From contig CAYRUO010000007.1 in the NCBI GenBank assembly GCA_964427505.1, positions 40,406 through 104,405 of the forward strand: a stretch of DNA of 64,000 nt, read 5' to 3'. Of the stretch, positions 17,994 to 28,619 are shown in pieces (positions within the stretch are counted from its first letter, which is position 1; each line of letters starts with the position of its first letter). The notes below the pieces were generated by a model. It was not told the origin of the DNA, did not search any database, and saw only the letters and a list, made by a program, of their open reading frames with translations. A program made the translations under genes and the position numbers. The stretch is from an uncultured Thermanaerothrix sp. (GTDB lineage Bacteria > Chloroflexota > Anaerolineae > Anaerolineales > Anaerolineaceae).

Positions 17994-20216
17994 GTGCGCA
18001 TCCTGCTCTTGCAAAATGACCTCCGCGCCTGTGAGGGGCTGAGCCGCTACTTGCGCAGTCGCGGCCATCAAGTCTGGGAAAGCACCCGCCCCGACGAGGT
18101 ACGTGCGCAGTGGGCTACTCTGAACCCTGACCTGGTTTTCCTGGACTTGCATTTTCCGGGCGAGGCATGGCTGGAGATGCTGCGTTTTCTGCGCCAAGAG
18201 CACCCTCAGGTGCGCGTGATCCTCACCAGCCGTCACCCGGATCTCCAGCGCGAGATGCAGGCACGGGCTTATGGCGTGGGCAACTTTCTCCGCCACCCTT
18301 TCACGCCGCGCTGGATTGAGCTGGCCCTGCGCCGCGCCGAAGGGGTCGGTGCCACCACCCAACCCTCGGCGCGCCTCGTTCAGACGCAACTACGCACCGG
18401 CGTCCGTATTCCGGTGCGCCTCAAGATCATCCTACCCTATCTCATTTTGGCTTTTTTGTTCACCCTGGCCGCCGCCTACATTGTGACCCGGGTGGTCTTT
18501 GAATCGGTGCAGGAACGTTTCTACAATCAACTGATCAGCACCGCCCAGCAAGCCCAGAACTGGCTGGTTGGCGAAGAAGATCGGCTACTGGGAACACTGC
18601 GCTTGGTCGCCAACAGTGAAGGGGTTGCCACCGCGCTAGAAGACAACGACGCCGAGGCACTCCGCCTGCGCGTGCTGCCTCTGGCGATCAACGCCGATGA
18701 ACAAATCATCGCCCTGGTCAATCCCCAGGGAGTAGCGACACTTGTGCTTTACCGGCCTGAGGGGAGCCCAGCCGGGCTGTACCAAGCGGTGCGTGAGGAT
18801 TCCACCTTCCAACAGGCCGATTTTGTCCAGAAGGTTTTGCAAGGGGTTGTGGATGCTCAAGGCGATAAGTTTGCCGGTACCCTTGTCACGCCTTGGGGAC
18901 ACTATTTCTTTGTCAGCGGGCCGGTTTTCAGTGCGGCTAACCAGCGGGTTGGGGCCGTAGTGGTCGGTAAATCTCTTCCCTCCCTGGCTCGTGAGATGCG
19001 CGAGGATCTCTTCGGCGAAATCACCTTTTACGACTTCAACGGCCAGCCCCTCAGCACGACCTTCTATGAGGCTACACCGACATTATCTTTGACCCTAGAC
19101 CAGGTGGCCCAGGTGCTGGTCAACCAAGAACAACAGACCCTCACCCGCACCTTGGATCTAGGGAATCTCATCTATGGCGAAATACTACGCCCATGGAAGG
19201 CACGTGGTGGGGTAGATCAAGGTCTGATCGGCATCGCCCTGCCCCAGGCCTTCGTCATCCGCGCCAGTCAAGCCACGCGCCTCCAGGTGATGGGGTTGGT
19301 CATCGCCGCCATCCTTCTGGTCGTCCTGATCGGCGTTTATCTGGCCAACCGCATCACCCAACCCCTGGCGCAACTGGTGCAGGCCTCAACCCAGGTTGCC
19401 CAGGGAAACCTGGAGCTCAAGGTCAATCTACCCGGCGATGATGAACTGGCGGTTTTGGGACATGCCTTCAATGCCATGGTCGCCGGATTGCAAGAGGGTT
19501 CGATCTACCGCGACCTGCTTGGCCGCACCGTCTCGCCGGAAGTGCGCGAGCAACTGCGCCAAACCTTTGCCTCCGGCAGTCTGCGCCTGGAAGGCCAGGA
19601 AGCCGTGGCCACCGTCCTGATGACCGATATCCGCGGTTTCACCACCCTCTCCGAACAGGTGGAGCCGGCACGCGTCCTGGCCTGGCTGAATGAATACTTC
19701 GACCGCCTGGTGCCGATCATCGTTGAAGAAGGCGGGGTGGTCAATAAATTCGACGGGGACGCCCTGTTGGCTTTCTTTGGCATCCTGCCGCGCATCCTCA
19801 GCCCTAAAAAGAGCGCGCTGGCCGCCTGTCGCGCCGCCGCGCGGATGCTCTTGGCACTCGAGGAACTCAACACCGCCCGAACCGCGCGAGGTGACCCGCC
19901 TTTAATTACGGGCATTGGAATCAACACCGGCGTCGTGATCGCCGGCGGCCTGGGGGCGCGGGATCGCCTGCATTACACCATCATCGGCGATACGGTGAAT
20001 ACCACTCAGCGCATCGAAGCCCTAACGCGGGATTTGATCGAAGGGAGTGGGGTTTTGGTCAGCCACACCACGTACACCGCACTGGCCGAGCAGACGCGCG
20101 CATTTGAATGGCAACCCTTGGGGCGGCATCAAGTGCGCGGGAAACAAGAACCGATTGAGATCTATCGTCTGTTACCCAAGCCCCTTTCTGCCGATACCCC
20201 AGGCCTGACCTTGTGA
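17994..20216 (+). CDS. Receiver domain - TM-flanked extracytoplasmic sensor - HAMP - class III adenylate/guanylate cyclase
   Basis: N-terminal CheY-like domain (ILLLQND..., LVFLDLHFPG, ILTS). Two TM segments bracket ~290 aa. HAMP (ITQPLAQLVQASTQVAQGNLE...DELAVLGHAFNAM) is followed by a CYCc domain (VLMTDIRGFTTLSE, KFDGDALLAFFG, GINTGVVIAG..., YTIIGDTVNTTQRIE). GTG start with GGAGAAG RBS. Confidence 0.8.
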   Translation: MRILLLQNDLRACEGLSRYLRSRGHQVWESTRPDEVRAQWATLNPDLVFLDLHFPGEAWLEMLRFLRQEHPQVRVILTSRHPDLQREMQARAYGVGNFLRHPFTPRWIELALRRAEGVGATTQPSARLVQTQLRTGVRIPVRLKIILPYLILAFLFTLAAAYIVTRVVFESVQERFYNQLISTAQQAQNWLVGEEDRLLGTLRLVANSEGVATALEDNDAEALRLRVLPLAINADEQIIALVNPQGVATLVLYRPEGSPAGLYQAVREDSTFQQADFVQKVLQGVVDAQGDKFAGTLVTPWGHYFFVSGPVFSAANQRVGAVVVGKSLPSLAREMREDLFGEITFYDFNGQPLSTTFYEATPTLSLTLDQVAQVLVNQEQQTLTRTLDLGNLIYGEILRPWKARGGVDQGLIGIALPQAFVIRASQATRLQVMGLVIAAILLVVLIGVYLANRITQPLAQLVQASTQVAQGNLELKVNLPGDDELAVLGHAFNAMVAGLQEGSIYRDLLGRTVSPEVREQLRQTFASGSLRLEGQEAVATVLMTDIRGFTTLSEQVEPARVLAWLNEYFDRLVPIIVEEGGVVNKFDGDALLAFFGILPRILSPKKSALAACRAAARMLLALEELNTARTARGDPPLITGIGINTGVVIAGGLGARDRLHYTIIGDTVNTTQRIEALTRDLIEGSGVLVSHTTYTALAEQTRAFEWQPLGRHQVRGKQEPIEIYRLLPKPLSADTPGLTL

Positions 20217-20265
20217 CCACCCCCACCCTGGCAAAACCGGGCGCGGGCGCGTATAATCGTGCCCA

Positions 20266-21252
20266 ATGACCCCGGCACAACGTGATGACACTGCCCCAAC
20301 ACTCTCTCGCCGCCCCTGGCTGCCTTATCTGGCACTGCTGAGCGGCATTCTAGCCCTCAGTTTATCCTCGCTCTTTGTGCGCTGGGCCAACGATGCACCC
20401 GGCCCCGTGACCGCCTTCTACCGTATGGCCGTGGCGACTGCTGCGTTTGCCCCACTGTTCATCCGCGAGGTGCGCCGGCACGGGTTGGGAGCAACGCGGC
20501 GGTGGCTGTTCCTACCCCTCTTGGGCGGATGCTTCACGGCTCTCGATCATACCACCTGGAGCATCGCGCTCCATGAGACGCGGATCGCCACCGCCACCCT
20601 GATGAACAACCTCGCCCCGTTATGGGTGGGGCTCTTTGCCGCGCTGATCTGGCGCGAGAGCCTGCGCGGGCGCTTCTGGTTAGGACTCGCCCTGACCTTG
20701 AGCGGGGCCACGTTGGTATTAGGAAGTGATTTCATCTACCGCCCGCAACTTAACCGCGGCAACTTTCTGGCCCTGGGTTCAAGCCTCTTTTATGCCGCTT
20801 ATTTTCTGACCACCCAACGCGGGCGCGAGCGCTTCCCGGCGTTGGTTTATATCTTCTTGGTAACTGCAACAGCCTCGCTGGTACTGCTGGGGATTAACCT
20901 GGCCGGTGCCCAACCCCTGAGCGGCTTTGCCCCCAGCACTTACCTGGCCTTCCTGGGCGCTGGGCTGATCTCACAGGTGATCGGCTATTTTTCGGTCGCA
21001 TATGCCCTCGGTCATCTGCCGGCTTCGGTCGTAGCCCCCACCATGGTCGCCCAGCCGGTATTGACGGCGCTCATGGCTATCCCGCTGGCCGGCGAGCCGC
21101 TTAACCTGACCCAAATCTTAGGCGGGATGGTGGTGTTGAGCGGAATCTATTTGGTCAATCTGAGCACGCCCCAAGCCCAACACCAGCCCACCGCGGCCGA
21201 ACCCCAACCCGAAATCCCGATCCCCCAATCTAATCCGGAGCGTCAGCCCTAG
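20266..21252 (+). CDS. EamA/DMT-family transporter
   Basis: ~10 TM segments in two EamA-like halves. TATAAT at 20252-20257, 8 nt upstream of the ATG, suggests a leaderless or near-leaderless mRNA. Confidence 0.8.
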   Translation: MTPAQRDDTAPTLSRRPWLPYLALLSGILALSLSSLFVRWANDAPGPVTAFYRMAVATAAFAPLFIREVRRHGLGATRRWLFLPLLGGCFTALDHTTWSIALHETRIATATLMNNLAPLWVGLFAALIWRESLRGRFWLGLALTLSGATLVLGSDFIYRPQLNRGNFLALGSSLFYAAYFLTTQRGRERFPALVYIFLVTATASLVLLGINLAGAQPLSGFAPSTYLAFLGAGLISQVIGYFSVAYALGHLPASVVAPTMVAQPVLTALMAIPLAGEPLNLTQILGGMVVLSGIYLVNLSTPQAQHQPTAAEPQPEIPIPQSNPERQP

Positions 21253-22714
21253 CCCCTGCGCTCCCCTTAAGCCCTAAACGGTGACAAGCCTGCTCCAAAG
21301 AGGGTTTGTCTGTCAAGACCAATAACGTATCCCCGCTCTGTAAAACGGTGCCGCCGCTGGGGATAATAAACGCTTTGTCCCGCGCGATCAGAATAATCAG
21401 GAATTCCGGCGGCAGGCCCAATTCCACAATGGCTCTGCCTACCGCCGGCGAATCCGCGGGCAGGGTAAGTTCTTTGAGTTCTCCCTCAATACCATGCATG
21501 GGCGTGAACTCAATCGGATAGGCACGCCGAGGCTCGGCAGGGGCGTCTAGGTTCAGCCACCGCGCCACCATTGGAATAGACGTGCCCTGCAGTAAGACGG
21601 ACGTCAGCACGACAAAGAAAATAACGTTGAAGATCAAATCGGCGTGAGGCACTCGCGCCAAAAGCGGAAACGTCGCCAGGATGATCGGCACTGCACCGCG
21701 CAGTCCCACCCAGGAAACAAACACCTTCTCACGCCAACTCAACCCGCTGGGCAACAGGCTGATCAGCACACCCACCGGGCGGGCGAGAAACATCAGAATC
21801 AGCGCAATAACCATCCCAACCCCGGCGATGGGCACCAAACGCGAAGGGAAAACCAGCAAGCCCAGGGTGAGGAACATGGTGATCTGCATTAACCAGGCCA
21901 GCCCATCGTGAAAGCGCATCAGACTGCGCTTGTGGATGAAATCCTGTTGGCCCAAAACGATCCCCGCCAGATAGACGGCCAGAAAGCCGCTCCCACCCAA
22001 CACCGAGGTCAAGCCAAAGGTAAGGAAAACCAACGCCAGAGTGAGCACAGGATACAGCCCCTCATACCCCAATCGAAGGCGATTAATGAGGAACCCTATG
22101 GCTTTGCCCATGCCATAGCCCAGAACGGCGCCGATGCCCATTTGCCGCACAAACAGCACAAGCCAATCACCGGGAGATGTGGATGGCTGGGTCAGCCATT
22201 GGATCAACCCCACGGTTAGAAAAATTGCCATGGGATCGTTACTGCCCGATTCGAGTTCGAGCAAAGGCTTCAACTTTCCTTTTAGGCTTATCCCCCGCGA
22301 GCGCAGAACGCTGAACACCGCGGCGGCATCAGTGGAGGACACAATCGCCCCCAGCAAAAGCCCTTCCTGCCAGGTGAGGTTTAAGAGCGGCGCGGCACAG
22401 ACGCCTAAGATCACCGCGGTCAGCAGAACCCCGAGTGTCGCAAGAAGCATCCCCTCTTTCAGCACCGGCTTGACCTGCGTCCATTCGGTATCTAATCCTC
22501 CCGAAAAGAGGATCAACACCAGTGCCACCACGCCGATGGACTGAGCCAACCCTGGGTCATCGAAGTAGATCCCGCCCGGCCCATCCGAACCCGCCAGCAT
22601 ACCTAAGATCAAGAACAACAGCAGCGCCGGAATGCCGAAGCGATCCGAGATCTTGCTCACCAGAACGCTGGTGAGCAACAACAGCGCAACCCCGATAATG
22701 ATCCACTCATTCAT
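21230..22714 (-). CDS. K+/H+ (cation:proton) antiporter, CPA1/NhaP2 type, with a C-terminal TrkA-C domain
   Basis: Polytopic Na_H_exchanger-like N-terminal ~390 aa (GLD.., ESGSNDPMA). C-terminal RCK_C-like domain ([10 protein letters not shown]....[25 protein letters not shown]). Confidence 0.8.
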   Translation of the reverse strand: MNEWIIIGVALLLLTSVLVSKISDRFGIPALLLFLILGMLAGSDGPGGIYFDDPGLAQSIGVVALVLILFSGGLDTEWTQVKPVLKEGMLLATLGVLLTAVILGVCAAPLLNLTWQEGLLLGAIVSSTDAAAVFSVLRSRGISLKGKLKPLLELESGSNDPMAIFLTVGLIQWLTQPSTSPGDWLVLFVRQMGIGAVLGYGMGKAIGFLINRLRLGYEGLYPVLTLALVFLTFGLTSVLGGSGFLAVYLAGIVLGQQDFIHKRSLMRFHDGLAWLMQITMFLTLGLLVFPSRLVPIAGVGMVIALILMFLARPVGVLISLLPSGLSWREKVFVSWVGLRGAVPIILATFPLLARVPHADLIFNVIFFVVLTSVLLQGTSIPMVARWLNLDAPAEPRRAYPIEFTPMHGIEGELKELTLPADSPAVGRAIVELGLPPEFLIILIARDKAFIIPSGGTVLQSGDTLLVLTDKPSLEQACHRLGLKGSAGARADAPD

Positions 22715-22887
22715 GCCTCATCTCACGCCTAAAGGAATTTTTTGAGCCTCGCTCGCCCGCAGAAATGCAACTCACCCAAACCTTTATCCTGAACCCGGTT
22801 ACCTCAAGCGGTTTATGCCAATTATATAAGTCAAAGGGAAAAAAGGCATTAAAGCGAATAAAACCGGGGTAACATTCGTTAATTAGG

Positions 22888-23493
22888 GTGAACGAACTCT
22901 GCAAAGCGAAAGGGCCAGGCGTGGAACGTGTTTTACTTGCCTTATCCGAGGCCGAACTGGTACATCACGCCCAGCACGGCGACCGCAGCGCCTTCGCCGA
23001 ACTGGTGCGCCGCTACCACACCAACGTGATCGGGGTGGTCTATCGTCTCTGCGGCGACCCCGACCTGGCCGAAGACGCCGCCCAAGAAGCCTTTGTGCGT
23101 GCCTGGCTGAACCTTAACACCTATCGTCCCCTCACTCCCTGGCGCAACTGGCTCTACCGCATTGCCGTCAATGCCGCCCTGGATATGCTCCGCCGGGAGC
23201 GTCCCACCCTCGCACTGGATGACGCCCCACCTCTTCACAGCGACTCACCCGACCCGCACGCCGCTTTGGAGCAGAAAGAACGCGAAGATCTGGTGCGCCG
23301 GGCCATCTTAACCCTGCCGCCGGCCAGCCGCGCCGTGCTGGTACTGCGCGAATACGGCGGTCTCTCTTACCGCGAAATTGCCGAAGCGCTCGATATTCCG
23401 CTCGGCACGGTGATGTCGCGTCTCAGTTCTGCCCGCCAACACCTACGTGAGCACCTGGCGCCGTGGCTCACCCCTCAGGAGGTCAACTCATGA
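22888..23493 (+). CDS. ECF-type RNA polymerase sigma factor (sigma-70 group 4)
   Basis: Region 2 (FAELVRRYHTNVIGVVYRLCGD...AEDAAQEAFVRAW) and region 4 (VLVLREYGGLSYREIAEALDIPLGTVMSRLSSAR). The start is uncertain; GTG at 22888. Confidence 0.85.
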   Translation: MNELCKAKGPGVERVLLALSEAELVHHAQHGDRSAFAELVRRYHTNVIGVVYRLCGDPDLAEDAAQEAFVRAWLNLNTYRPLTPWRNWLYRIAVNAALDMLRRERPTLALDDAPPLHSDSPDPHAALEQKEREDLVRRAILTLPPASRAVLVLREYGGLSYREIAEALDIPLGTVMSRLSSARQHLREHLAPWLTPQEVNS

Positions 23494-24125
23494 GCGACCA
23501 TGTCACCCATTTACTCGATGCTTATTTAGATAACGAACTGCGCCCGGCAGAACGTCAGCGCGTGGCTCAACACCTGGCTATTTGCGCCGCCTGCCACCAT
23601 GACCTATTAGCCCGCCAAACCCTCAGCGCCTGGATCCGCACCCTGCCGGAGGATCTACCGTTAACCCCCGGTGAGCGCTTCACCGCCCAGGTCATGCTTC
23701 GCCTCCCTCCACGCCGGGCCGCAACCGCTCAACCCTCTAACGCTCTGGTTTGGGGTGTGCCTCTGGCCCTGCTGATCATTTGGTCGGTTCTGCAAGTCAT
23801 ATGGGGAGCGATCACCTGGCTGCGCTTGGGCGCTCAAAGCGGCTTACTGACAAACGAAGCACCGGGGCTGTTCACCACAGGCACCCGCAGTTTGTGGCTG
23901 GCGTTGCTCACAATGCTGGGAAGCGCCGCACCATCCCCCACCCTGCAAGCCTTATTACAGTGGCTTCAGCAGGCCGACCGTTGGTTCGGGGAGTGGCTGG
24001 GATTGATCACCTGGCAAGCGCAGATTGCACTGTTTTACTTGATTTGGCTGTTGCTCTGGGGATTGCACCGGTACCGGGCTCACCCCTCACCTTCAGAACC
24101 GATCCATACCATGAAGTCGGCATGA
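23490..24125 (+). CDS. Anti-sigma factor (zf-HC2 type), membrane protein
   Basis: N-terminal H-x3-C-x2-C motif (VAQHLAICAACHHDL) followed by TM segments. ATGA start/stop overlap with the sigma gene. Confidence 0.65.
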   Translation: MSDHVTHLLDAYLDNELRPAERQRVAQHLAICAACHHDLLARQTLSAWIRTLPEDLPLTPGERFTAQVMLRLPPRRAATAQPSNALVWGVPLALLIIWSVLQVIWGAITWLRLGAQSGLLTNEAPGLFTTGTRSLWLALLTMLGSAAPSPTLQALLQWLQQADRWFGEWLGLITWQAQIALFYLIWLLLWGLHRYRAHPSPSEPIHTMKSA

Positions 24126-24152
24126 GATATCTAAACTCAAAGGAGAATAACC

Positions 24153-25232
24153 ATGATTGACCCGATCAAAATCCTTAAACGTTCTTGGCATATCCTCTGG
24201 CATTACCGCACCCTCTGGCTTTTCGGCTTGTTCCTGGCCCTGACGGCCTCCGGCGGGGGCGGAATGGGGAATGTTAATAACCTCTTCTCCTACCGTATGG
24301 AAGGGAATGGGGGTGCGCCCAGCGGCGTGTTTGAACGCTGGTTGGAGGAATTCTTCCGCCCCCTGGCGCAGATTCCGGACAACCAACTCCTGCCCACTCT
24401 AATCGGGTTGGTGATCGTCCTGATCTGCATCTTCGGAATCGTGGGGATTGTGTTGGCCATTGCACATTACGTGAGCCAGGTCGCCCTCATCCGCCTCGTG
24501 GATGATTATGAAGCACAAGGAACTCAAGTCTCGTTCCGTCAGGGTTGGCGCCTGGGTTGGTCGCGCAAAGCCTGGCAGGTGTTTCTGATGGATCTTTTGC
24601 TCGGCTTGCCCATTTTTCTCTGGGTGCTTTTGATCATTCCCATCATCGGCCTATTCATTGCCGGCGCTTCGGCCCAAACTCCGGCCATCACCGCCCCGGC
24701 GGTGATCATCGGCATCGGACTGCTTCTGCTGTGGGTGCTCGCGTTGATTATCGCGGGAGTCGTGATCGGCGTTCTGGGCGAGATCGCCCGCCGTGCCTGC
24801 GTGTTACAAGATATGGGCGTCATCGAAGCCCTGCGCCATGCCCTGGGCTTACTGCGCCGTCAGTGGAAAAACGCCGGCCTGATGTGGCTGGTCGTGCTGG
24901 GGATCGGAATCGGCTGGGGCATCGCGACGTTGATTCTCTTCTTCCTGCTTATCCCGCTCTATATCTTCATGCTCATCCCCGCCCTGGTCATCGTCGGCCT
25001 CCCCGGCCTGGTGATCTACGGCTTAGCCTCGCTTTTCCTAGCCCAGCCGCTGGCCGTCCTGACCGCGCTGATCCTGGTTTTGCCGCCGTTCTTCTTGATC
25101 GTCTTTTCGCCTCTGGTGCTCCTGGGCACTTGGGAACAGGTCTTCCTCTCCAGTCTGTGGACGCTAACTTACCGTGAGATCATGGCCCTAGAGAGCACCA
25201 ACCTTGCAAATGATCTCTCCCAAGCGGGTTAA
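24153..25232 (+). CDS. Polytopic membrane protein of unknown function
   Basis: 359 aa, about 6-7 long hydrophobic segments and a Gly-rich extracytoplasmic loop. It lies between the anti-sigma gene and the MacAB-like genes. No family confidently recognised. Confidence 0.45.
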   Translation: MIDPIKILKRSWHILWHYRTLWLFGLFLALTASGGGGMGNVNNLFSYRMEGNGGAPSGVFERWLEEFFRPLAQIPDNQLLPTLIGLVIVLICIFGIVGIVLAIAHYVSQVALIRLVDDYEAQGTQVSFRQGWRLGWSRKAWQVFLMDLLLGLPIFLWVLLIIPIIGLFIAGASAQTPAITAPAVIIGIGLLLLWVLALIIAGVVIGVLGEIARRACVLQDMGVIEALRHALGLLRRQWKNAGLMWLVVLGIGIGWGIATLILFFLLIPLYIFMLIPALVIVGLPGLVIYGLASLFLAQPLAVLTALILVLPPFFLIVFSPLVLLGTWEQVFLSSLWTLTYREIMALESTNLANDLSQAG

Positions 25233-25286
25233 GTGTGGTAATAATTAGAACAAATCTGGCTTCATGGAGCGCAAGGGAGCACACCG

Positions 25287-26699
25287 ATGAAACGCAAATG
25301 GATCCTTTACCTGGTCATCGCCATCCTGGTCATCGCCGCCTATTTGGGTTTCCGCGCCTGGCAATCGGCCCGCGCTGCGCTCAATACGGGTTTCCAAACC
25401 GAGCCGATCCAACGGGGCAACCTGACTGCCACGGTAGGGGCAACCGGCACCGTCCGCGCCAACCAGAGCGCACTGCTGGCCTGGCAGACCAGCGGTCAGA
25501 TCGGCAAAATCACGGTTGCCGTTGGGGATGCAGTCAAGGCCGGGCAAGTGCTGGCCGAACTCGAAAAATCCTCGCTGGCACAGAACATTATCCTGGCCGA
25601 AGCCGATTTGGTCACCGCCAAGCGCAACCTAGACAATCTGCTTCACTCCGACTTAGCCCGTGCCCAGGCACAACTGGCCTTGGTGCAAGCCCAGAAGAAA
25701 TTGGAAGACGCCCAAAAGCGCCGTCAGAGCAAAGATTACGCGCGCGCCAGCCAAGCGACGATTGACGAAGCCCGCGCCAATTACATCTTGGCACAGAACG
25801 AATACGAACGGCAAAAAGAGATTTACGACAGCGTAGCCAATCTCCCCGAAGACGATCCCCGCCGTGCCCTGGCGCTCTCCAATCTGGCCAACGCCCAGCG
25901 CGCCCGCGACCGTGCTCTGGCTAACCTCAACTATCTCTTGGGCAAACCAAATGACTTGGAAATCGCCGAAGCCGATGCCAACGTAGCGCTGGCCGAAGCC
26001 CAACTCAAAGATGCCCAACGCGAGTGGGAGCGGCTCAAAAACGGCCCTGACCCGCTGGACATCCAGGCCGCTCAAGCCCGCATTGCCGCCCTTGAAGCCA
26101 CCCTCAAATTGGCGCGCCTGGAAGCCCCCTTCAACGGCACGGTGACCGAGGTGCGCTCCAAAGTGGGAGACCAGGTAGCGCCGGGCACCATCTCATTCCG
26201 CATTGACGACCTCAGCCGCCTGCTGGTGGACGTGCAGGTGCCCGAAGTGGACATCAACCGCATCCAGATTGGCCAGCCGGCCCGCCTCACGTTTGACGCC
26301 ATTCCGGGCAAGGAATATACCGGTAAAGTGGTTGAGGTCGGACGGGTGGGCACGCCGGTCGGGGGTGTGGTCAACTTCACCGTCACGTTGGAACTGAGCG
26401 ATGCGGATGAGCAGGTCAAACCCGGCATGACCGCCGCCGTAACCATCTTAGTACAGCAATTAGAAGATGTACTGCTGGTGCCCAATCGCGCTGTGCGCTT
26501 GCGGGAAGGCCAGCGGGTGGTCTATATTCTGCGCAACGGCCTACCTGAAGCCGTCACCATTCGCTTAGGCGCAACCTCAGAGACCTACAGTCAGGTGCTG
26601 GAAGGGGACTTACGCGAGGGCGATTTGGTGATCCTGAACCCACCGGCGCAGATCACCTCGTTTACCGGGGGGCGCCCGCCCTTTGCGGGAGGTCGGTAG
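25287..26699 (+). CDS. HlyD/MacA-family periplasmic adaptor (membrane fusion protein)
   Basis: N-terminal TM anchor, barrel-sandwich and long coiled-coil region, beta-barrel C-terminus ([10 protein letters not shown]..., VPNRAV). Confidence 0.8.
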   Translation: MKRKWILYLVIAILVIAAYLGFRAWQSARAALNTGFQTEPIQRGNLTATVGATGTVRANQSALLAWQTSGQIGKITVAVGDAVKAGQVLAELEKSSLAQNIILAEADLVTAKRNLDNLLHSDLARAQAQLALVQAQKKLEDAQKRRQSKDYARASQATIDEARANYILAQNEYERQKEIYDSVANLPEDDPRRALALSNLANAQRARDRALANLNYLLGKPNDLEIAEADANVALAEAQLKDAQREWERLKNGPDPLDIQAAQARIAALEATLKLARLEAPFNGTVTEVRSKVGDQVAPGTISFRIDDLSRLLVDVQVPEVDINRIQIGQPARLTFDAIPGKEYTGKVVEVGRVGTPVGGVVNFTVTLELSDADEQVKPGMTAAVTILVQQLEDVLLVPNRAVRLREGQRVVYILRNGLPEAVTIRLGATSETYSQVLEGDLREGDLVILNPPAQITSFTGGRPPFAGGR

Positions 26700-26700
26700 T

Positions 26701-27393
26701 ATGACCGAAGCAACCGATTGGGTCATTGACGCTCGCGACTTGACCAAAGTCTATAAGATGGGGCAGGTTGAGGTGCACGCCCTGCGCGGGGTCAGCGTGC
26801 GCATCCGCCGCGGCGAAGTGGTCGCCATTATGGGGCCCTCCGGTTCGGGTAAGTCCACATTGATGAACATCTTGGGCTGTCTGGATAAACCCACCAGCGG
26901 CACCTACATCCTGGATGGCGAGGATGTCTCGCGGCTCAAGGATGACGACCTGGCCCGCATTCGCAACCGCAAAGTGGGATTTGTCTTTCAGAATTTCAAC
27001 CTGCTTCCGCGTGCCACCGCCCTGGCCAACGTGGAATTGCCCCTGCGCTATGCCGGTTATAACGGCGACCGCCGCGAACGCGCCCGGCAGGCGCTGGAAG
27101 CGGTTGGCCTGGGCGACCGCTTGCACCACCGCCCGACCGAACTCTCCGGCGGTCAACAGCAGCGGGTTGCCATCGCGCGAGCACTGGTCAACAATCCGGC
27201 TATTATCCTGGCCGATGAGCCTACCGGCAATTTGGATTCCAAATCCGGCAAGGAAATTCTGGAACTGATTTTGCGCCTCAATCGCGATTTCGGCACCACG
27301 GTGATCATTGTGACGCACGATCCTACCGTAGCCCAGCAGACTCAGCGCATTATCCGTATTCAGGACGGCCTGGTCGTGGAGGACGGCTTATGA
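26701..27393 (+). CDS. MacB/LolD-type ABC transporter ATP-binding protein
   Basis: Walker [24 protein letters not shown], signature [15 protein letters not shown], Walker [12 protein letters not shown]. Confidence 0.9.
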   Translation: MTEATDWVIDARDLTKVYKMGQVEVHALRGVSVRIRRGEVVAIMGPSGSGKSTLMNILGCLDKPTSGTYILDGEDVSRLKDDDLARIRNRKVGFVFQNFNLLPRATALANVELPLRYAGYNGDRRERARQALEAVGLGDRLHHRPTELSGGQQQRVAIARALVNNPAIILADEPTGNLDSKSGKEILELILRLNRDFGTTVIIVTHDPTVAQQTQRIIRIQDGLVVEDGL

Positions 27394-28616
27394 ACCTGGG
27401 ACAAGCCATTTTAGAGGCCCTGGAAAGCCTTAGCGCCAACAAACTCCGCTCGGGGTTGACCATCCTGGGCATTGTGATCGGTGTGGCGGCGGTGATCGCC
27501 ATGCTGGCCGTGGGTACCGGCGCTCAGGATGTCATTACCGGCTCGATCAGCGGCCTGGGGAGCAATTTGCTGTTCATATTCCCCGGCAACTTCACCGAAC
27601 AGGTGCGCAATCCCCAACCGCTAACGTTAGCCGATGCGCAGGCCCTGGCCGACCCATTTCAGGCGCCCTCCCTAACCGCGGTGGCCCCGGTGTTGAGCGC
27701 CACACGTGAAGTCAGTTACGGCAGTGAACGCACCAGCGTGCAAATCGCCGGCGTGACCTCAAACTACGCCGCCGTGCGCAACTACACCCTGTTGGAAGGC
27801 GAGTTTATCAGCGAAGAGCATTTGCTCGGGCAAGCCTCGGTCGCCGTCATCGGCCCTGAGGTGGCCGATCGCCTTTTTGGCCGCCGCGAGGGACTGATCG
27901 GCGAGGTTATCCGCATCGAAGGTCAGCCTTTCCGTATTATCGGCGTCACCGCTCCCAAAGGTGGGAGCAGTTTTGGCAGTCAGGATGACATTGTGCTCAT
28001 CCCTCTCAGCACGGCCCAGGCGCGCATCATCCGCCGCGACCGCAACCGCGTGGACTTGATCCTGGCGCAGGTCAGCAGTCCGGAGTTGGTGCCCCAAGCC
28101 ATTGAAGAGGTATCTCAAGTCCTGCGCACCCGCCACCGCACCGAACTCGGTGTGGATGACTTCACCGTCTTCTCCCAGCAGGACTTTGTTGCCACCGCTC
28201 AAACCATTACCGGCGTGCTGACCATCTTTCTGGGGGGCATTGCCGCCATCTCACTGCTGGTAGGCGGGATCGGGATCATGAACATCATGCTGGTCTCGGT
28301 GACCGAGCGCACGCGCGAAATCGGCTTGCGCAAAGCCATCGGCGCCCGCAAGCGCGATATTTTGATCCAGTTTCTCACCGAATCCTCACTGCTCAGTCTT
28401 TTCGGCGGGCTGATCGGGATTGGCTTCGGCTGGCTGATCGCCTTCGTGGTCGGGCAGATTGCCGCGGCCAGCAACACCCCGCTCAACCCCAAAGTGGGCA
28501 TAGACGCCATCCTGCTGGCCACGCTGTTCTCAACCGCGGTGGGGCTGTTCTTTGGCCTATACCCCGCCAACCGCGCCGCCAACCTGGAACCGGTGGAAGC
28601 CCTGCGTTACGAGTGA
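27390..28616 (+). CDS. MacB-type ABC transporter permease (MacB periplasmic domain + FtsX domain)
   Basis: N-terminal TM, large periplasmic domain, C-terminal FtsX motifs ([28 protein letters not shown]). ATGA overlap with the ATPase gene. Confidence 0.85.
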   Translation: MNLGQAILEALESLSANKLRSGLTILGIVIGVAAVIAMLAVGTGAQDVITGSISGLGSNLLFIFPGNFTEQVRNPQPLTLADAQALADPFQAPSLTAVAPVLSATREVSYGSERTSVQIAGVTSNYAAVRNYTLLEGEFISEEHLLGQASVAVIGPEVADRLFGRREGLIGEVIRIEGQPFRIIGVTAPKGGSSFGSQDDIVLIPLSTAQARIIRRDRNRVDLILAQVSSPELVPQAIEEVSQVLRTRHRTELGVDDFTVFSQQDFVATAQTITGVLTIFLGGIAAISLLVGGIGIMNIMLVSVTERTREIGLRKAIGARKRDILIQFLTESSLLSLFGGLIGIGFGWLIAFVVGQIAAASNTPLNPKVGIDAILLATLFSTAVGLFFGLYPANRAANLEPVEALRYE

Positions 28617-28619
28617 ACC

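Noticed and set aside
22868-22885. A 12-nt exact match (TAACATTCGTTA) to the arsR operator region, upstream of the ECF sigma gene
   Set aside because: Chance 12-mer matches are expected many times over in a 64-kb window. This copy also lacks the downstream GAATA half-site at N8. It is therefore not counted as a third ArsR site, though a genome-wide motif search could revisit this.
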